A stretch of 64,000 bases of DNA, taken from assembly GCA_022813865.1 (NCBI GenBank), contig JALDZX010000068.1, positions 1-64,000 of the forward strand, in the 5' to 3' direction. Position numbers and translations under genes: made by a program. This DNA is from Xylographa opegraphella. Taxonomy: Eukaryota. The notes under the pieces are model-generated. The model ran no database searches. It saw only the letters and a program-made list of their open reading frames with translations, and was not told the DNA's origin. Shown here piece after piece: positions 39,379 through 50,551 of this stretch. The first letter of the stretch is position 1, and every line of letters starts with the position of its first letter.

Positions 39379-40352
39379 TGTCGAGGGAGGGTTGGTGGTC
39401 GGTGAGTGGGGGTTCAGCGCGGTGGCTACGAAGGGCAGGCGCTGGTGCTGTTGGTAAATAGTGGGAGCAAAGCTTGGAGGTTGTGGGAGTGGATGATGCA
39501 GCGGTGGTGGTCGATTGAAGGACGACTGGGTAGCTTTTCACAGAAAGATTTCGTGTCATTGGGCTCGTTGGAACAGATACAGGGCTGGAGTGATATGGGT
39601 GGGAGTGACAAGCACATTGCTGCTCAGGCAGGCGGCGGACGGGAGTGTGAAGCTGGTGGTTGGAATTTGTGTCATCACAGAAGCGAAAGCTTTAGGATAT
39701 CAATTGCAAGTACTTCGAAGACACAAGCGTGTTTTGAACAACGAGATATGAGGCTCGTGCCATGTTTGGCGCGACTCTATCCTTTGACGTGCTCAGCATT
39801 CAGAACCACGAAATAATTATCATCTGGCGGGCATATTCTGGAGCGGTGAACAGAGGAACTCGGCGTCGCCTCTCAATGATGCACGTCTGCTTCGAGGATC
39901 TCGACAGAAACGAAGAGTCATGCTGCACGGCGGAGCAGTCTCCGATGCTTGCTGGACGTTGAACGTTCGGCCAATGCCCTACGTGCGGCACAGCTCGTGG
40001 CTTCCGCGGCTGATCTGGTCTCGAAAACCCAATTTTAGAAGTGGCGATCCTTTGTTTCAAGGGCATCTGGTGACGGATTCGGAATTCCCAACCTCGTGAT
40101 TAAAATTCGCCTTTTACCGCGCTGCTTCCTGATAGACGCGCGTTGTCAGCTTGTCAGCTTGAGCTCTGGGTTACAGTCTTTACATTCCATCCTTCTGTCT
40201 TTGAATTTCCATTTGCTTTTGCGACGCGCTCGTTTGAATGGGTATATCGCTTTAGCTAGAACGTGAGCCGGCGCCTACGCTTCCACAGCCACCCCTACAT
40301 CATCCAGAGAGAGTTACGCATCCTGGGGAAATCACAGCTTCAGTCTACAGTC

Positions 40353-41739
40353 ATGCCCCTCTTCTCTCGTGACTCCGAGTCCCAGAAGCCGCCTACCGTC
40401 CTTCTAGTCCGCGCAAACGATCTACCGCCGCGGACGCTCATCCAGACACGCCAAGGCGCGCCAGATGGCCCCAAAACGCGTTATCAAATTAATCAGCGAT
40501 GCATCTACGAGCGTCGTCTGCCCGGCGAAGCCTACATGACTGCTCACGTCGAGCGTCTGCAGCCTGGTATCTACGATGGCTCCGTCAACATGTCCAAGTC
40601 GGCTGCGCAAAAGCCGAAACCGGCCTCGAAGCCGACGGCGCCTCCACCTGCAAAACCTGCCGTTTCGAAGAGTGGTAGGGCTCAGTTCTTCGGTAAGTTG
40701 TATGTCAGTATCTCAGCTCTACTGCGCTCATTGCCGGCTTAGATTACGGGCAACATCTCAATCAGGTGCAGAGCATGCCCCACGACGTGAACAAGTCGTT
40801 GCGGAAGAAAGGTAATAGAGATTCCATCCGCACCGAGTATATACTCGACGAACAGAGACGTCCTACGTCTGATCACTCGTTGATGGAGACGCTCAAAAAC
40901 CATGGCTGGCCTCCCAGCCCTTCTTCGACCAGTCTGGAGAAGAACCACGACCAAGTCTACTTTGTCGCTATCGGTTTCGTGCTCCACCCGTCAGACTCCT
41001 CGTCTCATCGGTTCAAGGCCGCCCAGATCAAAGTTTCCGTCGACCTGGCCGACTACACAGATCCTACCCTTATTCCGCCGAAAATCATCAAGTTCGCTCC
41101 CCACCTCATTTCCGGGGCGGTATCGCAAGAAACGCTAAACTGGAATTTCAACCTCGCGAGCTCCTTGGGCATCACCCAAGGTCCCGCCAACGTCTCCATC
41201 CAGCCCTCGTACGGCTACTCCGCCTCCACCGTCGTCTCCAAGATGATGAAGATCCAAGGCTCCACGCGCACGACGCCCTGGGGCGTGGAAGACGGCGAGC
41301 TCATCTGGTCCATGGAAGAGAACCCGCTCCAGAAATCGGGCCTGCCTCGGGAGTTCACCTTCGTCGTGCTCGTGCAGGACGCGAACGGCGACCCGGACAA
41401 CATCGACTTCAACATCGAAATCGAGCCCGTGGTCGACACCTGGTACGGCAGCTACCCCGACTTCTGGCAACGGCGGCGCCGCTACCAACCGCTGTACAAG
41501 GCGCCGCTCGACTTCCGAGAGCGCATCGGGCAGCGCTTCTTCTCCAAGCAGGGCGGGGGCACGACCCCTGCCGGCGAGGCGGCGAGGGAATACAACTTTG
41601 CGAACATGGATGGCGATATTGATGATATGGTTCAGTTGCCGGGCAATACGTTCACCACGAAGGTTAGTCGTCTTGGGCCGATTGAAGCCAGATGTGCAGG
41701 AACTGATTGTTTACCTAGGATGCCACGAAGTCGACGTGA
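40353..41739 (+). CDS. uncharacterised beta-rich protein, 3 exons
   Basis: ATG 40353; introns 40693-40742 and 41663-41718 keep the frame. Motifs IIKFAPH, KIQGSTR and WSMEENPLQKSGLPREFTFVVLV. Confidence 0.75.
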
Positions 41740-42629
41740 TTTCCGGCGAGCAAATCACGTGCTATCCTGCTGCGTATTATATAGGTCGATTTCACAATAT
41801 GGTGTCAAGACCCCCTGGTGTACCTTTTCCAGCCTCCCGCATGCTCCTCGTAAGCTCCAACCTCTCATTCGATTGTATTTGAAGGGTCGGGCTAATACGC
41901 TACAGAGCACTCGCAGGACTCCATAGTTCTAACCTTCCTTCCAGCAAAGTCCGAAGTATCCATCCGTCGTGAGCGGGCCATCCGAGCAACCAGGGTCCAC
42001 GCTGCGGCAAGAAGCTCACCTCCCAGTAATGGCTCACGGGAGGAGTCTGCCGGAGCTCTGCGCGGATGTTATCGTTGAGTCGAAATCCGGTGCATACGCT
42101 ACATGCCTAGAACCTGAACGCCTCTGCCAATGACGACCGGAAGGAGTCGTCCCTCACGCACCCGCTTAGGCTGCGGGTGGTGCGGTGTTGGGGACGAGCG
42201 GGGCGGGGCGGTGTTCTTAGAAAGGGAACAGGGGGGCGGAGGTATGTGAGTGATTGGGAGCGGAAGGTGGTGAAATGGGCTGGTGTGAGCGGATGACCTG
42301 GTGGGGGTGCAAAGGGGAGGGTTAGAACACCATGCGGCGGTGGGGGTGATGCTGAAATGTCACGGGTAGAAAGGCTGGTGGAGTGAGGCCGGAGCGATGG
42401 CGGTTTTGGGGAGATGGACGATATGGCTCGGAGGCGTGGAGCGTAGATATCAATGATGAATGACAAAGTGAGCGGAGAAGAGCGGAGAGAAACCATAGTG
42501 CTTGACCGCCACCTACCTAGCTAGCTACTTTATCTAGCAACATCATTCCAACCCGCTCCATCACGGCTCTCACAACTTCCCCCGCGGCACCACGAACCTA
42601 AGGTAGGCATCCCGTTTCCACAGACCAGC

Positions 42630-44499
42630 CTACGACGCCGGCTTCTCATTCAGCAAGCCCTCCACCTTCCCCACCACGCCGGCCACCCACCGCTTGTGCG
42701 CCAACCAAGCGCCATCGACGGGCGGCGTGCGGAACGCGAGCTCCTTGTGGAAGCAGAACGGCACGGGCGGATGGGTCCAGCGGGGCGTGGCGGCGGCATC
42801 GGCGTAGCGGACGACGGGCGCGAGGATGCGGAGGCTCTTGCCGTAGGGGCTGTCCGCGAAATCGACCCACAGCGCGGGCTGGGCGAAGAAGTCGGTCCGG
42901 CGCTTCCACTGCGCGACCATCATGTAGAAGAGGTCGATGACGTGCTGGTCGGGCGTCATGGCCGGCCAGGCGTACCGCTCCTGCAGGCGCGCCACCACCG
43001 CGCGCGGGTACAGGCCCACCTCCGCTTCCAGCGTCGTCGTGTTGTACTTCGTCAGCGCCACCTCGCAGTGGTAGCTGCCGCCGTGCATGGCGCGGTCGCG
43101 CAGCGCGAGCATGATGGTCACGCACCCCGTCGCGCCCGTCGACATGTCCGAGATGGGCAGCGAGGGCAGCACCGCCTTGCCGTCCGTGAAGCCGTACGCG
43201 TTGCCGATCACGTACGAGGACCCTGCGGCTGCGTCCGCGATCTGCTGCCAACCCGGTCGCTCCGCGTAGTAGCCGTCCGGGCCGTAGCAGTTCTCGTCGA
43301 CATAGATGATGCCCTTGTTGCGCTTGTTGGCCATCTCGAGCACGGCGTTGAGGCCGAAGCCCTTACGCTCGATGGACTTGCGGCGGAAGCCGTTGATGAG
43401 CACGTCTGCTTCCTCAAGGAGTTTCCATAATTGGGCACGGTGCTCCTCGGTCGTGAGGTCGAGCTCGGCTTCGACCTTTCCGGCCGTGAGCGAAAACTGT
43501 GCGAGCTGTAGGAGTTATCTTTTAGCATAAAGCGTCTTTCGGAGTTGGGTGGAGAAGGACTCTTACATCCAGATCGACAAGGTTTTTGGAGGTGATGCGA
43601 ACAACGTCGGCGCCCATGGCGGCCAAGGCCGCACCACAAGCAGGAGCAGCGATGATGCGAGCTATCTCGACAACTTTGATTCCTGCCAATGGACGCTTGT
43701 CGGCGGAAATGGGAAAGGGCACAGGCGGTGTTGCGGGGCATTGCTTCTGCACGTTGTACTGGATCAAGCTATGCCTGGCCAGTGCTTTGCCCGTCAAGGT
43801 CTCCCTCCACGCTGCAGGAGAATAGCAAGGGCTGCCGCACAAACCGTGATCCATCATGATCATCTCGATTTCGCGGTAGCTGTACTGCTTGCTGACCGCG
43901 CTGATCACCTCGTATGCTTCATCATTGGTCTTTGGCGCCTTGGTGGGATCGATTCCGAAAGCCTTGCACATGGGAAGTGGGTTGGTAGAGCCGTGCCAAT
44001 TATACCACACACCTGGAGTCTTGGTGGGATAGATTGCTTGAATTCTATACATGATAGTGTTGCCGAGCGCAGCCCCCAGATTAGACGAAGGCATTATCTT
44101 GTCGATCTCGCCAGAAGCATTCAGCTCCAAAGAATCCTTACCGTCAACACTGAAGAGCGGGATCGTCCCAAGATACAAGCCTGCCTGGTCCGTATTGATA
44201 GTGATGGCACCTGCAGAATCCTGCCCCTTCAGCTCTAGAATCTCCTGACCAACAATGCCTGCCATTGCGTGAAGGACAGCAGTCATGGCTTGCGACTTGA
44301 TCGGTCCAGGAATACAAGGATAATCAAGACCTTCGAATTTGACCGCATCCAGCACAGCAGCATCTTGGGTAAAACCAGGAGTGTTTTTTGCGAGATAGTG
44401 TAGTAGGCGAGTACATTCTTTGGGAACAGGGGTAAAATCAGAATCGACGAAGCTGCCAGGGCCATATTCACCCTCCGTCCTTGTAGTCTGTGAATCCAT
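42630..44499 (-). CDS. family III (CaiB/BaiF) CoA-transferase
   Basis: RPLAGIKVVEIARIIAAPACGAALAAMGADVVRI, YGPDGYYAERPGWQQIADAAAG and LPISDMSTG (catalytic Asp region); intron 43507-43566. Confidence 0.92.
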
Positions 44500-45514
44500 A
44501 CTAGATATGATTTTATATCAAGAGATATGAAGAGATTGGAAGACAATTGGGATCAATCAGAAAGCCAACGGGAGATCACTCTACCCTTATTTGAGAAACC
44601 AGCTGTGACACAGTCACCGAGGCCTTCTTATACTCCTCCATCTTCATGATCGGGAGCGGTAATGTACACTCGCTGGCGGAATGGTTGCCGTATTGCCCAG
44701 TCGTCGATGATCGAATCCAAAGATCAGATGTTTGTTGCGCTCGGGCACGAGTGCTCGGGCACAAACCATGTACAGTGGAGTCGCAGGCATGAAGACAGTC
44801 GTGGCTAAAGCTACTGTGATTACTCAGATAACCAACAGCAGCAAAGGTGGAAGAGCTGCAGACATCAACTCCGCTCCCGGTCGAGATAATTAATATTTTG
44901 GCTTGGTCATTAGTCCGAACTGTTAGGCTCTGCATGTTTAGTAAACTCACAAAGTAAAAGTATAGGCATGCAGAATCGCTTATGCCAAGACTGACAAAGA
45001 TACGTTACTGTAAAGCGCCTCAGTCATCCGACTCGCATTGAAATGCTTTAGGTTTCACGGAGCGGGTATGACAACAGATATCAATGTCTGAACTGTGTTT
45101 TGAGCATGCTGTGGTGAGTAGGTTGCGTTTCCATGTCCGAATAAGTGTGGAGAGGGGCTTGTTACCAAGTCAACTGACATAGTTCTCCTAGTGGCTAATT
45201 TATATCCTTGTACCAAGGCATGTACATTGGTTCCGTGGACTACACTATGCGCCGTTTAAGCAGAAATGTATGCCAGAAGAACAGTAAAAACATCTGCATC
45301 GAACCAGGATGAATGACAAGGGCATTTCGATGTGATCGTTGAGTGTTACAGCCGCACGCTTTCCATCAAGTCCGAATACCGAGAAGACAGCAAGCTTTTA
45401 CGGGGCGACAATCTCTGATACTAAAACACTGGGAGTCGTCCGTTTGCAATTCCTAATTCTCAAATTTTCCCACACCTGTATGCAGTATCACTCATAATAG
45501 TTTCACTTCCAATC

Positions 45515-46474
45515 ATGGCGAACAAATCAAGGGTATTCTTTCTGGACCTCGGTATGTCTAACATGAAAGACAATAAGCTCGCAGGTCGTATAATGTCCTG
45601 CAACGGTGACGGCTCCGACCTCAAGCCGTTGGTGGAAGGTATCGGGACTGCTCCTGACGGGCTGGGAATTGACCTCGACAAGAAGCAGATCTACTACACC
45701 AATATGGGTATACCATCAACCGATAGTGGATTCATCTCTCGTGTAGATATGGACGGAAAGAATGACACTGTCATAATTCCTCAAGGCATTACATGGACAC
45801 CAAAACAACTCACGCTCGAACCGACAACCAAGAAGCTGTACTGGTCTGATCGCGAAGGCATGAGAGTTTTCCGGTCAAATTTTGATGGCTCAAATGTCGA
45901 AATATTGGTACGAACTGGTCAAGGCGATGCCAGCAGACAAGATCCTCGCAACTGGTGTGTAGGGATTGCTGTGGACATCAAACGGGGACGAATCTATTGG
46001 ACACAAAAGGGGCCATCAAAAGGAAATCAAGGCCGGCTGTTCACCGCTGGTATCTATCTGCCAGAAGGGGAGTCTGCTGACAATCGAAGCGACAAGAAAG
46101 TCCTGCTTGACCACCTCCCAGAGCCAATTGATCTCGACCTTGATGCGGCGAAGAATGTGCTGTACTTGACAGACCGTGGTGATCCTCCATTTGGTAACAC
46201 AATCAGTAGCATTGACCTCAACGATCCGGCAAAGATCCAGAAGACGACTTTAGTCAAGAAGCTACACGAAGCGATTGGACTGGCACTAGATGTGGAAAAT
46301 AAGCAGATGTACATGACAGATCTTCTTGGAGGATTGTACAGGGCCAACATGGATGGGAGCGAAGAGAAAGTTTTGTTTCCAGATCTGGGAGACCTGACCG
46401 GCGTTGCAGTCATTACAGGCGGCCCAGCACGATGCTCGAGCGCTGCTTGCAATGGTGATCTCTGCGTCCACTAG
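45515..46474 (+). CDS. stand-alone YWTD (LDL-receptor class B) six-bladed beta-propeller, intronless, no signal peptide
   Basis: Repeated blades IYYTNMG, LYWSDREG, IYWTQKG, LYLTDRG and MYMTDL with DGS linkers; 319 aa. Confidence 0.88.
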   Translation: MANKSRVFFLDLGMSNMKDNKLAGRIMSCNGDGSDLKPLVEGIGTAPDGLGIDLDKKQIYYTNMGIPSTDSGFISRVDMDGKNDTVIIPQGITWTPKQLTLEPTTKKLYWSDREGMRVFRSNFDGSNVEILVRTGQGDASRQDPRNWCVGIAVDIKRGRIYWTQKGPSKGNQGRLFTAGIYLPEGESADNRSDKKVLLDHLPEPIDLDLDAAKNVLYLTDRGDPPFGNTISSIDLNDPAKIQKTTLVKKLHEAIGLALDVENKQMYMTDLLGGLYRANMDGSEEKVLFPDLGDLTGVAVITGGPARCSSAACNGDLCVH

Positions 46475-47238
46475 CGGTTCCTACCTTGATGCTCAACAGA
46501 TTCAATCTTAGAAGCCATAGATAAAATACCTGTAGTATCAAAAGTCCTGAAAACAATACTTCCATATGGGCTTGTAACAATTACCCAGATCTTGAGTAGT
46601 TATATCTGTAGCCAACCGATATTCTGAGAGTCTCCATAATATTTCTACCCACGACCCTGGTTTTACGGCTCGTTTTGCTCGATATCCTCGTTGCCGTGCC
46701 ACATCTAGGAAAGGCGAAGCAACACAAAATTGAGCATGTAATGTGTAGACTCCTGTCGTGTGGTATGCATTACTGACCAAAGTTGCATGCAGCAGCTTCC
46801 TGCAGCGCGTTTCTCCTCCACGGCCCGTAAACCGCACTTAGGCTACAAGTCGGTGAGTGAAGGCTTTCCAGAGCCCGCAGCTTAGGAGGAGAGGCTTCTG
46901 AGCCGGTCAAATCGTTGGTCAGCTCGGGAGCTCCACCGGTCTCGTACGAGAAAACGTCGAAAGGTGGAGTGAGGTCGGGTCGCCAAGACATTTGTCCAAA
47001 GCACCTATCCAACCTAGGCTAGAATGACTAGTGACTATGCCAGCGGCTTTACGCAGGGTTGACTCCAGTAATGGAGCAATGTGAATCAATATCATTCGCG
47101 TTGAACTTATCCGTACGAGGTGCAGGAGCAAGAAGTGTATGGTTACAGATACAAAAATGTGCTAGTGTTTTCTATGGAAAGAAAAGTCCACGCAGTCGTA
47201 GGCATCGGCGATCAGTCTCCAGCTCGCAATCAGCCGCT

Positions 47239-48314
47239 TCAAACCAGGTCGGGAGCATTGTCCTTCAGTTTCATCAGACGGATGATAATATCGTCTCTCT
47301 CGCTCTCTACGGACGTGACATCCGTAGTCTTGAGCCAATCCCCAACGCTCGTCTCCAAGCTCTCAATGTTCTCAGGAGTCCACTGGAAGGCATGCTCGTT
47401 CATGTCTTTGGTCCACGCCTGAACACCCGGCCCAAGATGCTCAAGTAAATGCTTGAAACCTGTCGCACCTCCACCTCCGCCGAGGACATTGGTCATGAGC
47501 GGACCTGTGAGTGCCCACCGAAGACCAAGTCCTGAAGTCACACATGTATCTGCGAAAAGAGGGCGAAACGATCAGTACTCTAAGACTTTCAATCCACTGG
47601 AAGAATTTTACCCAGATCTTTGGCAGAGACAACACCCCTCTGTACCAAACTGTAGGCTTCGTTGCCAATCGCCGCTTGCAATCGGTTAGCGATGAAACCT
47701 GGGCTCTCCTGGCGAAGCACAACGGGATGCTTCCCCAGGGACGCGTAGAATTCCGTGGCCAGTTTGGTATATTTGTCGTTCGTTCCAGGATGAGGTACAA
47801 TCTCAACAAGTGGAATTAGGTGGGGCGGATTGAACGGATGGCCAATCAGCACTCGATCCGGGTTCTGCTTGCAATCATCAATGAATTGAGACGACGGTAT
47901 TCCCGAAGACGAGGACGCAATAATGACATCGCTACGTGTCTTCGCATCGATATTTGCAATGAGTTTGCGCTTGAAGTCCACTCGTTCGGGTGCGTTCTGC
48001 GTAAGGCAGGCGTCAATAAAGGCGTAACTTCAGTGGCGCCGCCGTTCTATTACCTCTTGCACAAAGTCCACCGATCCTAAATGACTGTCCATGTCGGAGA
48101 CAAACTTGTAATTCGATAAGGAAGCATTAGATGAAAGCCCGATACGTTCGAGTACTGGCCATTGCTTCTTCAAGTAGGCTGCGAGTTTCTCCTCTGCCCC
48201 TGGAGCCGGATCGGAAACAATGACCTTGAAGCCTTTGGCAAGGAATAGAGCTGTCCAACTTGCCCCGATGACCCCAGTACCTACAACTCCCACGGTCTCG
48301 ATATTTGAAGACAT
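47239..48314 (-). CDS. 3-hydroxyacyl-CoA dehydrogenase family (L-carnitine dehydrogenase / lambda-crystallin-like)
   Basis: Rossmann GTGVIG, spliced QE|NAPE, ASSSSG, GHPFNPPHLIPLVE, GFIANRLQ and GLGLRWA; two introns. Confidence 0.92.
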
Positions 48315-49306
48315 CTTTACAGTAGTATGCAACGACAGTAGATGGAACACCAAGCCTGTGCCAGTGTCAAGAGTCTTTCGCTACTTTGTATAGGACCGTG
48401 CAGTGTTTTCACGTACAACGTGGAACAAGGAGGCATGTCTCTAGTATATATGTAGAACTCGGCCAACGAGCTGTATGAGCAATTTACACTGCAGGGCACA
48501 AGGCCACTCTGCCAATTTGCGATTGCCATGAGACAGCATAACCATGACAACGCAGGTGCTTCGACAGACAATGGTAGAAAATATGTGGTGTTCGACGAAC
48601 GGATTCGTATTGTGACACCATTTCCTGCACCTAGGATGACATGACAAACCTACTTCTATGGCTCAACTGAAGTATACTAATCGGAATCCCCGTCCAACGT
48701 ATTCGTTGTGCGAAGAGAGCCAACAATCATGTGATGACGGGACTTGGAGGCGTCGACCGGCATATCTGCACTGGTGATCACTAGCTTCGATTGTGCCAGT
48801 GGCTGCTAAGTCCTTAGCGCTTTCACGCTTTCCAGGGTCCGGAAAAAGCTGCAACTTCAACGCGTCAACATGTTCAGTTAGTGCACAAACCATATGTAAC
48901 GATGTATAATAATCGCGCTCCTGTCGGTCCTGCTGCGATCCAGTGGGATTACAAGGCTTGGACCATCGTTGTTGACTCAGCTTGTGTACGTCTTTGGCGA
49001 GTCGGGTCTCGAAGTCCGCCATCTAGTGCTGTTCGTGAAGGCTCTGCGAAAGCTGCAGGCGAAAGACAGAGGTTTGTCCGAGTCCTTGGACCCTGCCAAT
49101 CTTCCAGAAACTCATGAAGTCAAGGACAAGTCATATAGAAAAGGGCCGAGGGTTCTCGGTCGAGATTGTAGACATATACTAGATCTTGTATAATCAAGGA
49201 ACGATCACTCTTTATCAAAATCCCCCATTACAATAGTACGCTGTCAGGTGCTGCCGCCATCAATTCTCGTATTCCGCAGGGACAGACTGCATTGTCAGCT
49301 GGAAAG

Positions 49307-50551
49307 ATGGCCGAAGAGTCGATCGTGGTGATAGGTACGGGATGGGCAGGCTTCACTCTCGCCCAGAAGCTTGACGACAAGAAATTCAACATCACAATAA
49401 TCTCGCCCGAGACCACATCACCTTACACACCTCTTTTGGCAAGTGCAGCATGTGGACTGTACGACTTCTCGCTGGCAGAAGAACCAATAAGACGCAAGAG
49501 CAAGAACTTCAAGCTCATCAAGGCCTACGTCGATGACATCGACCTGGAGAAGAAAATATGTTTTTGTCGTCCAGAATTCACAGCCCTCGCACATCAGAAA
49601 TTTGAGATCCCGTACGACCACGTTTTCATTGCACCCGGTTGCACAAATCAGACATTCGGCACCCCTGGCGTTGCTGAGCATGCCCTCTTTGTTCGCAACG
49701 TCCATGACGCCATGGCGGTGCAGAAGCGGCTGGGAGACATCCTAGAAATGGCGTCTCTGCCTATGAAAACCGACCAAGAGCAGAGAGACCTGCTTCACAT
49801 CGCCGTTGTCGGAGGCGGTCCAACCGGAGTCGAGTTAACCGCTGAGTTGTACGATCTTGTGCACGAGGATTTTTCGAAGCTATATCCAGACCTCAATGGC
49901 AAGATCACGATTGCAATCCATGACGTAGCCGATAACATCCTCACCGCGTTCGAGGCAAGTCTGTCCGAATACGCCTTGGAGAGCTTCAAAAAACGGGACG
50001 TGGCCATCAAAACAGGCTCTCATATCACCAAAGTGGAAGCTGATTGCCTGTACACGAAAGAAGATGGTCGTATCCCCTGCGGTATGCTCATTTGGGCTAC
50101 AGGTAACAAGCAGGTACCTCTGGTAGAGGGCCTTCCGGTCCTCAAAAGTGACCATCTCCCACGTATCCTCACAGACACCCGACTTCGCGTTCTGCGTCCA
50201 GATGGAAGCGTATTTGATTCAGCATATGCTCTCGGCGATGCCGCTGATGTGCGAGGTGGTGAACTTCCTACTACAGCAGAGGTAGCTTGCCAAAAAGCAG
50301 ACTATCTTGCCGGCGCGTTCAACAACAACTCCTGGGACAAACCATTCGAATACTCTCAACGCAGCCTCATCGCGTATATAGGCCAGCATGATGGTGTGGT
50401 GATGGGAGGAAAGACTTGGGAAGGCCCTCGGGCGTGGCTGGCGTGGCGCAGGAAGAATCTGATGTGGACGAGGAACTGGAAGAAGAAGATCCTGATAAGC
50501 ATGAACTGGTTTTTGAATTACTTCTATGGCAAAGAAGTGGCGAGGATCTAG
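49307..50551 (+). CDS. type II NADH:quinone oxidoreductase (NDH-2) family, intronless
   Basis: VVIGTGWAG, YTPLLASAACG, TFGTPGVAEHALF, VVGGGPTGVE, YALGDAAD and PTTAEVACQKA. Confidence 0.9.
   Translation: MAEESIVVIGTGWAGFTLAQKLDDKKFNITIISPETTSPYTPLLASAACGLYDFSLAEEPIRRKSKNFKLIKAYVDDIDLEKKICFCRPEFTALAHQKFEIPYDHVFIAPGCTNQTFGTPGVAEHALFVRNVHDAMAVQKRLGDILEMASLPMKTDQEQRDLLHIAVVGGGPTGVELTAELYDLVHEDFSKLYPDLNGKITIAIHDVADNILTAFEASLSEYALESFKKRDVAIKTGSHITKVEADCLYTKEDGRIPCGMLIWATGNKQVPLVEGLPVLKSDHLPRILTDTRLRVLRPDGSVFDSAYALGDAADVRGGELPTTAEVACQKADYLAGAFNNNSWDKPFEYSQRSLIAYIGQHDGVVMGGKTWEGPRAWLAWRRKNLMWTRNWKKKILISMNWFLNYFYGKEVARI

Noticed and set aside
42646..43430. Long overlapping/antisense ORFs (also 27041-28225, 34250-35814, 38416-39270)
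   Set aside because: Shadow frames of GC-rich real genes; Arg/Gly/Pro-rich with no motifs.
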